The position numbers and the translations under genes are program-made. From Spirochaetia bacterium (GTDB taxonomy: Bacteria; Spirochaetota; Spirochaetia; CAKZLE01): a stretch of 64,000 nucleotides of DNA. Positions 9,278 through 18,793 of this stretch are shown piece by piece. Under the pieces are notes generated by a model. The model made no database searches. It saw only the letters and a program-made list of their open reading frames with translations, and was not told the DNA's origin. The number at the start of each line of letters is the position of its first letter. The first letter of the stretch is position 1. Location: positions 256,001 to 320,000 of the forward strand of contig OY782041.1 of the NCBI GenBank assembly GCA_963677595.1, given 5' to 3'.

Positions 9278-9958
9278 ATGATCAAGATCGACAGCGTGAT
9301 CCGGGACTACCATGCGGGGGAGTCAGTCGTACATGCACTGAGAGGGGTATCGCTCGATATCGAGCAGGGGGAGTTCATCTCCATCGCCGGGCCGTCAGGC
9401 TCAGGGAAGACAACCCTGCTCAACCTGATCGGGTGTATCGACGCCCTTGACGGCGGGGACATCACGATCAACGGGGAGAAGGTATCCACCATGGGGAAGA
9501 AGGAGAAGACCAACTTCAGGAGGATCAACCTTGGGTTCATCTTCCAGACCTACAACCTCATCCCGGTACTCACCGCCTATGAGAACGTCTCGTTCGTCCT
9601 CTCCCTGCTCGATGTACCTGAAGCCGAAGTAAAGAGCAGGACGTTGGGACTGCTGAAGGAGGTCGGGCTCGAGGGGATGGAGTACAGGAGGCCCGACCGG
9701 CTCTCGGGAGGGCAGCAGCAGCGGGTGGCCATCGCCCGCGCGCTCATCAAGCAGCCGGACATCGTGCTGGCGGATGAGCCGACGGCAAACCTCGACTCGA
9801 AGACCGGCGAAGATATCCTGAAACTGATGAAGGAGATGAACCGGAAGCATAATACGACGTTCGTCTTCTCGACCCATGACAGGATGGTCATGGACTACGC
9901 TGACCGGCTGGTCATGCTCCATGACGGACAGATCATGAGTGATGAAAGGAGGCCATGA
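9278..9958 (+). CDS. ABC ATPase, LolD/MacB type
   Basis: GPSGSGKTT, LSGGQQQRVAIAR, LADEPTANLD, STHD. Confidence 0.95.
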   Translation: MIKIDSVIRDYHAGESVVHALRGVSLDIEQGEFISIAGPSGSGKTTLLNLIGCIDALDGGDITINGEKVSTMGKKEKTNFRRINLGFIFQTYNLIPVLTAYENVSFVLSLLDVPEAEVKSRTLGLLKEVGLEGMEYRRPDRLSGGQQQRVAIARALIKQPDIVLADEPTANLDSKTGEDILKLMKEMNRKHNTTFVFSTHDRMVMDYADRLVMLHDGQIMSDERRP

Positions 9959-11205
9959 TGAAATTCCTCATTTCCCTGGCGTTCAAGAACCTGACCAGGT
10001 ATAAGAGAAGGACCCTCATCACCGCAGGCGCTATCGCTGTCGGCATCATGATGTACATCTTCATAGACGCCATGCTCATGGGGGCTGAATATGAGTCAGT
10101 CAGGAACCTCAAGTGGTATGAGACAGCTTCAGCGAGGATCCTCCATGAGGATTACTGGGACGATCGCTTTCAGTACCCGCTCGATGTCAACATCGAGGAT
10201 CCAGATAAGATCCTAGACCGGCTCGATGAGGCCGGGATCACCGCCACGAAGCGCATCCGCTTCACCGGTGACCTGATCCTCAGCGCTGCTGAGTTCGGGG
10301 AGGACGGGAACATGCCGGTGACCGTCACGGCCATCGACCCGGACCGCGATTATGATGTCTACCATTTCTCCGACACCCTGATCGACGGGCGGTTCCTCGA
10401 ACCGGGAGAGGACGCTGCCGTCCTCGGTTCCTGGTTCGCCGAGGATATAAACGCATCGGTGGGCAACTGGGTAACGGTCGTCACCCGCGGCAACGGGGGG
10501 TTCTATGAGGCGATCGACCTCGAGATCGTCGGTATCGTCAACTGCCCGAACCCGAACGTGAACAGGGCCCTCCTGATGATCCCCATCGATACGGCAGACT
10601 ACTACCTCGCCATGGACGGGGCCGCGACGGAGATCAACATCAAGCTGCCCGACCAGGCAGATGTCGATGCCGAACTGCCGAAGATCCAGGAACTGCTCAA
10701 CGGCGACCACCTTTCCGTCATGAGCTGGGAGGCTATGGCCTTCGACTACCTGGCACTGGCAGAGGCAAAGCGGGGAGGGACGAGCGTCATCCTCCTGCTC
10801 ATCTTCGTGATCGCCGCAGTCGGTATCTCCAATACGATGCTCATGGCTATCTTCGAGCGTATCAGGGAACTCGGCATGATGCGCTCCCTCGGCATGGCTG
10901 ATTCCAAGATCAGGATCGCCTTCATCATCGAGGCAGCCGGGATAGGCATGGTCGGTTCGTTCCTGGGGGTCATCCTCGGCATCCTCGCCGACTACTGGAT
11001 CGTCAACTACGGGATCGACTTCACCTTCATCATGCGGGAGATGGATATCGGGTACAGGATCCAGGGGATCTTCAGGGGAGCCTGGAACCCCGGAACGATC
11101 ATACGGGCGTTCTTCGCCGGGACGATCATCTCGACCTTCGTCGCCATCCTGCCGACGAACCGGGCTCTGCGGATGGATATCCCATCATGCCTGAGACACC
11201 AGTAG
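9955..11205 (+). CDS. FtsX/MacB-type ABC permease
   Basis: N-terminal TM, large periplasmic loop, NTMLMAIFERIRELGMMRSLG. Confidence 0.9.
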   Translation: MMKFLISLAFKNLTRYKRRTLITAGAIAVGIMMYIFIDAMLMGAEYESVRNLKWYETASARILHEDYWDDRFQYPLDVNIEDPDKILDRLDEAGITATKRIRFTGDLILSAAEFGEDGNMPVTVTAIDPDRDYDVYHFSDTLIDGRFLEPGEDAAVLGSWFAEDINASVGNWVTVVTRGNGGFYEAIDLEIVGIVNCPNPNVNRALLMIPIDTADYYLAMDGAATEINIKLPDQADVDAELPKIQELLNGDHLSVMSWEAMAFDYLALAEAKRGGTSVILLLIFVIAAVGISNTMLMAIFERIRELGMMRSLGMADSKIRIAFIIEAAGIGMVGSFLGVILGILADYWIVNYGIDFTFIMREMDIGYRIQGIFRGAWNPGTIIRAFFAGTIISTFVAILPTNRALRMDIPSCLRHQ

Positions 11206-11214
11206 GAGGACCGT

Positions 11215-12453
11215 ATGAACAAGAAACTGATGATGACAGCATTGAAGAACATATCACGGAACAAGCGGAGATCGATCCTCTCAGCCGTGGCGATCGCGGT
11301 CGCGGCCATGAGCATCGTCATGCTCTTCGCCATGATCGCGGGCATGTCGAACGATATGGAGTACAATCTCAAGAACTACTACACCGGGAACATCCAGATC
11401 CAGCATAGGGATTTCGAGGAGTATGAGCGGTACAACCCGGTACACCTGACCGTCGACTGGGATGCGATCGCCCCGGTGCTCGGTTCCATCGACGGTGTCG
11501 AGGCCTATACGCCGAGGATCAACTTCCCCGTGAGTATCTATATCGACGAGGAGACCCATGGAGCGCTCGGGGTCGGCGTCGACCTCGAGCAGGAGGCTGC
11601 CTACAATAAGGATATCGAAGCTATCGTCTACGACGGCAGGCTCCCTGCAGCTGGGCAGAATGAGATCATCATGGGAGGGCTGCTGGCGAACAACCTCGGC
11701 TTAGCGATCGGGGACAGGGTCACCCTGCTCTCCACCACCGCCGCACGGGGGACCAACGCGATCACCGTGGAACTCGTCGGGATCGCCTCCTATCCGGTGA
11801 CCAACATGAACGCATCCACCTTCTGGATGCCGCTCGGCCGGGCCCAGTACTTCCTGAAGATGGACGGAGGGGTCTCTAACATCCTTATCAAGACTGCTGA
11901 GGATGCCAAGGAGAAGGACCTCATCCCCGTGATCGGCGAGGCACTCATGCAGACGACCGGGACGGAGTTCGACATACAGGCATGGACAGACCTCAATGTC
12001 ATGTACGGGTTCCTGAAGATCGCCCAGTACATCTACTACTTCATGGGTGTCTTCTTCTTCCTCCTCGGGAGCACGGTCATCATCAATACCACGATGATGG
12101 TCATTTTCGAGCGTATGCGGGAGATCGGGACCCTGGCAGCGCTCGGGATGCACGGCAAGGAACTGGTACGCCTCTTCCTGCTGGAAGGCATGTTCATCTC
12201 GACGATCGGCTCGTTCTTCGGGGTCACGCTCGGGGTAGTCTTCACCAACATCCTGAGCAGGGTGGGGATAGACTTCACCGATGCCCTCTCCGGCATGGAC
12301 TTCGAGATGTCATCGATCCTCTACCCGGAGGTCAATGTCCCGATCACGATCATCGTATTCTTCTATGCGATCGCCATCGCATCCCTGGCTACGCTGATCC
12401 CGTCCAAGAAGGCTTCACGGATCGAACCGGTTGAAGCGTTGCGTTACATCTAG
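11215..12453 (+). CDS. FtsX/MacB-type ABC permease (second subunit)
   Basis: NTTMMVIFERMREIGTLAALG, PSKKASRIEPVEALR. Confidence 0.9.
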   Translation: MNKKLMMTALKNISRNKRRSILSAVAIAVAAMSIVMLFAMIAGMSNDMEYNLKNYYTGNIQIQHRDFEEYERYNPVHLTVDWDAIAPVLGSIDGVEAYTPRINFPVSIYIDEETHGALGVGVDLEQEAAYNKDIEAIVYDGRLPAAGQNEIIMGGLLANNLGLAIGDRVTLLSTTAARGTNAITVELVGIASYPVTNMNASTFWMPLGRAQYFLKMDGGVSNILIKTAEDAKEKDLIPVIGEALMQTTGTEFDIQAWTDLNVMYGFLKIAQYIYYFMGVFFFLLGSTVIINTTMMVIFERMREIGTLAALGMHGKELVRLFLLEGMFISTIGSFFGVTLGVVFTNILSRVGIDFTDALSGMDFEMSSILYPEVNVPITIIVFFYAIAIASLATLIPSKKASRIEPVEALRYI

Positions 12454-12465
12454 AGAGGTTACGAA

Positions 12466-13206
12466 ATGAAACGATACAGAATCATGACAAGCATGGTACT
12501 CCTCCTGCTCTCAGTCTCACTCCTGTCTGCCATGACGGCAGAGGAGATCATGCGAAAAGCCGACGAGCTCCAGACCTTCGACAGCTCCTACTCGACCGGG
12601 GAGTTCAGGATCTCAGACCGGTTCGGGACCAAGGTCACGACCTTCAACGCCTGGTCTCGGGGGGCCGAGGAGTCCCTGATCGAGTTCACCAGTGTCGCCG
12701 AACGGGGCCAGAAGGTCCTGAGGACTGATGACTCCATCTACCTCTACTACCCGGATGCTGAGGAACTCATCAGGATGCAGGGCTCAGCCCTGCGCCAGGG
12801 GATGCTCGGGTCCGATATCTCCTACGAGGACATGACCGGCGGGAAGGACCGCCTCTCCCAGTACGACATCGTCCTGAGCGGGGAGGAGGCCCTCCTTGGG
12901 AGGGACTGCTACGTCCTGACCTTGACGGCAAAGACCAGGTCCGTCCCCTACCCCAAGGAGATCGTCTGGATCTCCAAGGACAACTACCTCGTTATGAAGG
13001 GGGAGTACTACACGAAATCAGGGAGGCTGCTCAAGGAGCTTGAGGTCCTTGAGACCGGCACCTTCGACGGGCTCGAGGTGGCCGTGGAGACGAGGATCTC
13101 GGACAAGATGAAGACCGATACCGAGACGATCATGGTCCTTGAGAGCCTTGATCTCGATGCGCGGGTCGATGATGATATCTTCTCGCTCGAAGAACTCTCC
13201 TGGTAG
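12466..13206 (+). CDS. LolA-like outer membrane lipoprotein-sorting protein
   Basis: Signal peptide; GSDISYEDM motif, C-terminal DDDIFSLEEL; follows LolCDE-like genes. Confidence 0.8.
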   Translation: MKRYRIMTSMVLLLLSVSLLSAMTAEEIMRKADELQTFDSSYSTGEFRISDRFGTKVTTFNAWSRGAEESLIEFTSVAERGQKVLRTDDSIYLYYPDAEELIRMQGSALRQGMLGSDISYEDMTGGKDRLSQYDIVLSGEEALLGRDCYVLTLTAKTRSVPYPKEIVWISKDNYLVMKGEYYTKSGRLLKELEVLETGTFDGLEVAVETRISDKMKTDTETIMVLESLDLDARVDDDIFSLEELSW

Positions 13207-13215
13207 GAGTACCGT

Positions 13216-14352
13216 ATGAAGAAGTTCCTGACCATAGTACTTGCCCTGCTGGTCGCGATTCCTGCGGCTGTGTATGCAGACGGGACCCTCACCATGGACT
13301 ACTCGCTGTTCGAGACCGTCCTGCGGACTATCGATACCGCAGGAGACGTCTCCTGGCTTACCACCCCTGCCGGGAGTGCGGAGCTGTCCTACAGTTCGAC
13401 CGGCAACAGGAACGTGAAGAGTGAGGTCGCCCTCTCGATCGTCATGCCTGACATCTCCACTGCGGACTTCGGACTGCCCAAGGACCTCTCCTTCGCCCTG
13501 GTCTCCCTCGACAAGGCCTACGTCAAAGCCCGGTTCCCCGAGTTCAGGCTCACGGCGGGGAAGACCCGCCTCAGCTGGGGGGACGGGTTCGTCTTCAACG
13601 CCGGGGACATCCTCTTCGACAGCCTGAGCACCGCAGTGGACCTGACCTCGAGTGAAGTCAGGAGTGACACAGACTGGCTGGTCTCGGTGAATGTCCCCCT
13701 GGGACGGTTCTCCTTCGCCGAGGCGGTCCTCCTTCCGCCGGACGATATGGATCTCGGGCACCTCTCAGCAGGAGGGAGGCTCTATACCACCATCGAGAGC
13801 CTGAAACTCGAGACCGGCTACATGTTCACCTATGATGCTGCCCAGACAGGTTATGAGCACCGCCTGTCCTTGGGACTGCAGGGGAATCTCGAGGCTGACT
13901 GGTACCTCTCGGGTGCCGTGAGCCTTCCCGGCCCCGGCTATGATACGGCCGGGACCCTCTTCGAGGACTCCCTCGATATTACCGCAGGGCTCTTCTACAT
14001 CCACCAGATTGACTCGGTACGAACGCTCACCCTGGGGCTCGAGTCACTGATCCAGCCCTATGAGAGCTGGGCAGAGAGTGCCGGGGGGAAGGACTACGGT
14101 ATCTTCCTCTATCCCGAGATCGGTTTCACCCCGAATGACACCGTATCGCTCTCCCTGCGGTCGATCTATTCCCCGATCGACGGATCAGCACAGGTCACCG
14201 CGGGCGGGTCCTGGAATGTGTTTCAGGGGTTCTCCCTCCTGGGGTACCTCATCGGGCAAGTCGGGGATGATGACGACCTCTTCTCCTGGGGGAATACCGA
14301 TCCCGGCTGGACATCCCTGACCTGCATGGTCGGGGTCAACTATATCTACTGA
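13216..14352 (+). CDS. Probable outer-membrane beta-barrel protein
   Basis: Signal peptide; LDKAYV..LTAGKTRLSWGDG, alternating amphipathic strands, aromatic C-terminus (GVNYIY). Confidence 0.6.
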   Translation: MKKFLTIVLALLVAIPAAVYADGTLTMDYSLFETVLRTIDTAGDVSWLTTPAGSAELSYSSTGNRNVKSEVALSIVMPDISTADFGLPKDLSFALVSLDKAYVKARFPEFRLTAGKTRLSWGDGFVFNAGDILFDSLSTAVDLTSSEVRSDTDWLVSVNVPLGRFSFAEAVLLPPDDMDLGHLSAGGRLYTTIESLKLETGYMFTYDAAQTGYEHRLSLGLQGNLEADWYLSGAVSLPGPGYDTAGTLFEDSLDITAGLFYIHQIDSVRTLTLGLESLIQPYESWAESAGGKDYGIFLYPEIGFTPNDTVSLSLRSIYSPIDGSAQVTAGGSWNVFQGFSLLGYLIGQVGDDDDLFSWGNTDPGWTSLTCMVGVNYIY

Positions 14353-14369
14353 TAAGGAGGTCTGGTGCC

Positions 14370-15572
14370 GTGTTCGAGAAGCTGATGGATCGCTGGTTCT
14401 TCTACGCCTGCCTGCTCGGGGCAGTGCTCAGCACCAGGATCCAGCCGGTCATACCCGATGATACTGCCGAGGGGCTGATGCTCATCCCCTTCATACTCAT
14501 CCTGGCTTCCCCGGCTGCCATCTTCATCAGTCGACACGGGTACCGGGTATATGCGGCCCTCAGTGCCCTGGGGCTCGGGGCAGCGCTGTCTATCGAGATC
14601 CTGATCCATCAGAATCTCTTCCTGATCGACAGCCTGCTCCTGCTCCTGATCATCACCACCCTCGTCTACGAGGTCTATGCCGGGGACCAGCAGCGTTCGG
14701 GGATCGACCTCTCCGCCGGAAACCTCCTCCTCATACTCCTGGCAGTGGTATCGGTCTACTCCGCAGCACACTGGTACGGGCCGGACCTCATCTGGTTCAG
14801 GCTGCTGCCGTTCATCCTCACCTTCTTCGTGATCTCCTACCCCGTCGCGAACCGGGTCCTCCTGCGGACAGCTGGGGGGCTGACCCTCACGGTCATCGTC
14901 TATCACAGCCTGATCATCTACCAGCGGGACCAGGAGCTGCTGAAGACCCTGGTATCGATCCCTCATTTCCTCATCTGCCTCACCGCAGTGATCAGGTCGC
15001 TGAACATGCCCACACCGCAGGAGATAGACCTCCGCATGACAGACTGGATCGAGTCGAACAGAGAGTTGCCGGTCGCCGATGTGGAGGAGTATGGTGACTG
15101 TTCAGCCAAGATCACGATCTACCCCTGGACGAAGAATCCCAACAGGTTCATACCCCATCACTACCGTACCCAGGCCCTGCGGGGGCTTGATGCCATCCTC
15201 ACCTCCTGGGAGGGCATGAAAGGTTCATATGCCGGGGACACCGACCTCCAGCTCTGGGTCTTCGGGACCTACCCGGGACTCTCAGAGGCAGTATGCGCGG
15301 GGGTACCACAGCCGGGGGACCGCAGGACGAACTACTTCGATCCCGTGGCTGAACCGCTGCGCTTCTCTCCCCCTCCCCGGTACCTTACCATGTCCCTGCC
15401 CGGGTATGCCTGGGAACGGTGGCAGGTCATCGACCGTGAGTATGAGTATCTTGATGACCTGACGGCAGCACAGATGCGGAGGCTGCGCAGGAAGGGGTAT
15501 CATGAGGTGCCTGGTCCTGAACGATCGTTCCAGAAGGTGATCGACACGGTATGGGTCGGGAGAAAAAAATGA
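14370..15572 (+). CDS. Hypothetical protein: N-terminal multi-TM region plus soluble C-terminal domain
   Basis: GTG start after AAGGAGG; ~210 hydrophobic residues then a Trp/Tyr-rich soluble domain. Confidence 0.6.
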   Translation: MFEKLMDRWFFYACLLGAVLSTRIQPVIPDDTAEGLMLIPFILILASPAAIFISRHGYRVYAALSALGLGAALSIEILIHQNLFLIDSLLLLLIITTLVYEVYAGDQQRSGIDLSAGNLLLILLAVVSVYSAAHWYGPDLIWFRLLPFILTFFVISYPVANRVLLRTAGGLTLTVIVYHSLIIYQRDQELLKTLVSIPHFLICLTAVIRSLNMPTPQEIDLRMTDWIESNRELPVADVEEYGDCSAKITIYPWTKNPNRFIPHHYRTQALRGLDAILTSWEGMKGSYAGDTDLQLWVFGTYPGLSEAVCAGVPQPGDRRTNYFDPVAEPLRFSPPPRYLTMSLPGYAWERWQVIDREYEYLDDLTAAQMRRLRRKGYHEVPGPERSFQKVIDTVWVGRKK

Positions 15573-15743
15573 GCCATGATACAGAGGGGCTGTACCATGA
15601 CCCGGTATGTTAGTAAAAACCATCAAACTGATAAGTTTTTCTTTTCCTGTTGTTCTTTGTTGCATTACCATTATTAGGGCAAAGTGACTATCTGTCAAAC
15701 TATTTATTGAAAAAAATATCTATTTCTCACAGTCAATAACCAC

Positions 15744-15772
15744 TTGTCTCCAAGCCCGCACTACGTTACAAT
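15744..15772 (+). promoter_or_regulatory. Sigma70 promoter upstream of the Moco-type riboswitch
   Basis: TTGTCT (15744-15749), 17 nt, TACAAT (15767-15772); AT-rich upstream region; start site would fall just before the RNA motif. Confidence 0.6.
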
Positions 15773-15781
15773 GAGTGCGTA

Positions 15782-15876
15782 CTTCCGAGTCAGCAAGTCC
15801 TACGGCCCCTGCTATGGACTGCGACCGTTAGAGGTCACCTGGGAAACTGGTGCCCTTCCCGTATTTGGAAAGGAAG
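15782..15876 (+). ncRNA. Molybdenum/tungsten cofactor (Moco/Wco) riboswitch-like RNA motif
   Basis: P1 CTTCC/GGAAG; TCCGAG start; P2 GTC-GCA-GTCC...GGAC-TGC-GAC containing CCTA.G and CTATGG; GAAA-tetraloop stem CACCtGG-GAAA-CTGGTG; terminal CCCTTCCCGTATTTGGAAAGGAAG overlapping the SD of the next gene. Confidence 0.82.
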
Positions 15877-15878
15877 CG

Positions 15879-17363
15879 ATGTTTGGTAGAAGAACTCTCT
15901 CTTGCGGTATCATGATCCTGTGCTGTGTGGTCTTCCCGCTGTCCGGTCTCGAAGTCAGCGTGAACGGAAAGCCATACCAGTCCTTGCATGATACTGAACT
16001 CACAGAACTCATCTCACCCCTCCCCGCCGGGCTGGTCTCTTCGGAGTCCTCTTTGGGTATTGCTGTGTCACAGCTCATCCCCGTGATGTTCGAGGCATGG
16101 CGGATCACCATTGACGGGGTTGTTATATCGGACGACAGCCTGGCAGAACGGCTTGAGCACTCCTACCTCTTCCGGGATGCCGGGGTATGGTCCATTCAGC
16201 TCGATGACGGTCTTATATTCCAGAACACTGAGAGCTTATCGGTCGAGGGGGAAGAACTCCTCGATGATGAGCTAGAGATATGGGTCAGCTGGGAGGGCGA
16301 GGATGAGCTGAGAACCGAGATCTCAGCCTTCGCGGACCGCAATGGTATCGAGGTCACGGTGCTCCATATCCCGAACCCGGAATCCCGCCTGGTCTCCGTT
16401 CTCAGGGGTGGGGGGAACCCTCCCGACCTTATCATGTGCTCTCCCGGGAATCTCTACAGCCTCGTCGAGTCAGGGGCCCTGCAGCCCCTTCCTGCATACC
16501 TCTCGACGGGCCTGGGCCGACAGGGGCTTGACACCTTCTCCTACCAGGGAAAGCAATGGGCCCTTCCGTTCTACTATGACACTCAGCTTCTGATCTACAA
16601 CCCGGAACTCATAGACCTGCCGGGAGGATCGAGTCTCACCCTTTCCGACCTGGAGCGGGCAGTCGCTGCGCTTGTCGGGACTGTCCCGGTCCCCATGAGC
16701 TGGAATGCCTACTCCTCCTATTGGCTGATGCCCTTCCAGGCAAGCTTCGGGAAGGCGCGCCTCACCGAACCGGACGGGTCGATCATCCTTGACGATGCCC
16801 AGACTGAGGCAGCCCTCTCCTACATCGTGAAGCTCGCGCAGCAGGAATACTTCACGCCGCTCGAGCGTGATGCCATGATCTCGTTCTTCGCCTCAGGCCG
16901 TGCCGGGGTGATCTACTCGGCTTCCTACTCGATCCCCTACTTCCAGGAACTTAGGATCCCGTTCGCCGTAGCCCCGGCACTGGTCAATGACCGGACAGGC
17001 TTGCCTGTCTCCCCCATGCTCGATTACAAGGCGATCGGCCTCACCCGGCAGTCAAAGCACCCGGTCCTCGCATACCGGCTGCTCTCCTACCTCATGGGAA
17101 TCGAGGTCCAGACCCGTTTCAACCAGCAGCTCTTCAAGCTCCCGGCCAACACCTATGCACAGCAGCTGCTTGAGGAGAGCACTGCCTACTACCGGACCAT
17201 AACCGACCAGGCTTCCCACGGCCAGACAGTACCGTCGACGGCATCCTATGCAGCCTACAAGAACATCATGTGGAAGCTGCTGAGGTTCGCCCTCTCCGGG
17301 CAGCTGAGCCCTTCCGCAGTCCTGGAACAGGGAGAGCGATTACTGAAGGAGACACTGCCGTAG
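15879..17363 (+). CDS. ABC solute-binding protein (family 1, MalE-like) with extra N-terminal domain
   Basis: Start corrected to ATG 15879 directly after the riboswitch; signal peptide; PPDLIM, GALQPL, WALPFYYDTQLLIYNPELI, FASGRAGVI; ~130 aa extra region before the SBP domain. Confidence 0.8.
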   Translation: MFGRRTLSCGIMILCCVVFPLSGLEVSVNGKPYQSLHDTELTELISPLPAGLVSSESSLGIAVSQLIPVMFEAWRITIDGVVISDDSLAERLEHSYLFRDAGVWSIQLDDGLIFQNTESLSVEGEELLDDELEIWVSWEGEDELRTEISAFADRNGIEVTVLHIPNPESRLVSVLRGGGNPPDLIMCSPGNLYSLVESGALQPLPAYLSTGLGRQGLDTFSYQGKQWALPFYYDTQLLIYNPELIDLPGGSSLTLSDLERAVAALVGTVPVPMSWNAYSSYWLMPFQASFGKARLTEPDGSIILDDAQTEAALSYIVKLAQQEYFTPLERDAMISFFASGRAGVIYSASYSIPYFQELRIPFAVAPALVNDRTGLPVSPMLDYKAIGLTRQSKHPVLAYRLLSYLMGIEVQTRFNQQLFKLPANTYAQQLLEESTAYYRTITDQASHGQTVPSTASYAAYKNIMWKLLRFALSGQLSPSAVLEQGERLLKETLP

Positions 17364-17408
17364 CAGTGTAATACCGAATATAAGAAAAAACTTTAACAGG
17401 AGTAACTG

Positions 17409-18791
17409 ATGAACAAGAGATTCTTAGGCGTTCTTTTACTGATGCTGGGCATCCTGCTGCTGGCAGGCTGCACCACCACCGAAAGCGGGACTTCCGTCGA
17501 GGTGACAGCAGAGACTGAAGTCGATGCAGTCGCCCATGCGACACCGGCAGGTGAAGGGTGGCATGTGACCCTCACAGGGGTCCGGACGGACGAGCTGTGG
17601 GAATCACAGGCAGCTGCAGATCCCAAATGGCTGGAGACTGTCCAGTTCGAGAAGAAGGGGGAGCTGAGGACCTATACGGCCCTCGCCTTCTCGGAAGTGA
17701 TCGCCATGATCGACGATGCGGACGGGTCCATGCCCTATAGCTTCCAGCAGGGGGCTTGGGATGCAGGTTATGACATCACCGTGACCGCCGCGGACGGGTT
17801 TGCCGCGACCTTCAACACGGCTGACTACCCGGCAGAAGGGATCTACCTCGCAGTGACTCAGGACGGGGAGAGCACCCTCCCCATGCTCGTCGGCGATATC
17901 CCGGGGCAGATCCAGGTCAAGGACATCGTCTCCATCGAGACCTCACTCGCACCGGTGGCGCTCGAGGAGAACCAGTTCGAGTTCATCCTCGAGATCGGGG
18001 ATAAGACAGCGACCTTCACCCTTGCCGAGCTCGAGGATCATCCCTACTTCATCGAAGGTCCCGGGGAGTACAAGAACACCTATGACAACGTCTTCACCCA
18101 CGTCTGGGGCGGGGTCAAGCTCGTGGACCTCATCAGCGACGTGTTCCCGCTCACGGCTGACCAGAGTGTGACCATCATCGCCACTGACGGCTACGAGATG
18201 GACTACAGCGGGTCACAGCTGCTTGACCAGGCAGACGGGACCTGGATCCTCGCATTCATCGAAGACGGGGAGTATATGCCGGAAGACCCGGGATACATCC
18301 GCCTGGTGAAGGTCGGCCCCGACACACCCCAGATCACCGGTCACATCTCTGCACGTATGGTGAAGAAGGTGCAGATCAAGGATGTCTCCTTCACTGACTT
18401 CACCCTCTCCATCGACAGCGCTGCAGGGACCGAGGAGCTCGACCGGCAGACGATCCAGAGCGGCGTGACTTCACAGAGAACGACCGTGAACTACTTCAAC
18501 AAGAAGAGCGGGGAGACTGTCAGCTACCTGGGTCTTCCCCTGTTCGAATTCCTTGCACACTATGACGGCTACGACACGGTCACCGTCGAAGCTTCGGACA
18601 GGTACTCGATCACCCTCGCTGCAGATGAGGTAGCCGGGAACAGCGATGTCATCCTGGCCATGTACTACGGTGACGGGAGTGAGCTCTCTGAGAATGAAGC
18701 CCCCCTCATCATCGTATGGGATGCCGAAGCTGACCTCGTGCCTGCCGGCATCAAGGCAGTCAGGAGCGTGACCCGCCTCATCCTGGACTGA
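17409..18791 (+). CDS. Lipoprotein with three tandem molybdopterin-binding (sulfite-oxidase-fold-like) repeats
   Basis: Lipobox LLAGC; three repeats with [YW]xG-like, A[AST]D[GR][FY], [IY]LA..DG and V[KR]xVxxI-like motifs; no Cys besides the lipobox. Confidence 0.7.
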   Translation: MNKRFLGVLLLMLGILLLAGCTTTESGTSVEVTAETEVDAVAHATPAGEGWHVTLTGVRTDELWESQAAADPKWLETVQFEKKGELRTYTALAFSEVIAMIDDADGSMPYSFQQGAWDAGYDITVTAADGFAATFNTADYPAEGIYLAVTQDGESTLPMLVGDIPGQIQVKDIVSIETSLAPVALEENQFEFILEIGDKTATFTLAELEDHPYFIEGPGEYKNTYDNVFTHVWGGVKLVDLISDVFPLTADQSVTIIATDGYEMDYSGSQLLDQADGTWILAFIEDGEYMPEDPGYIRLVKVGPDTPQITGHISARMVKKVQIKDVSFTDFTLSIDSAAGTEELDRQTIQSGVTSQRTTVNYFNKKSGETVSYLGLPLFEFLAHYDGYDTVTVEASDRYSITLAADEVAGNSDVILAMYYGDGSELSENEAPLIIVWDAEADLVPAGIKAVRSVTRLILD

Positions 18792-18793
18792 CC

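Noticed and set aside
15744-15878. N-terminal extension of the SBP ORF (TTG 15744)
   Set aside because: It runs through the promoter and riboswitch; the signal peptide begins at ATG 15879
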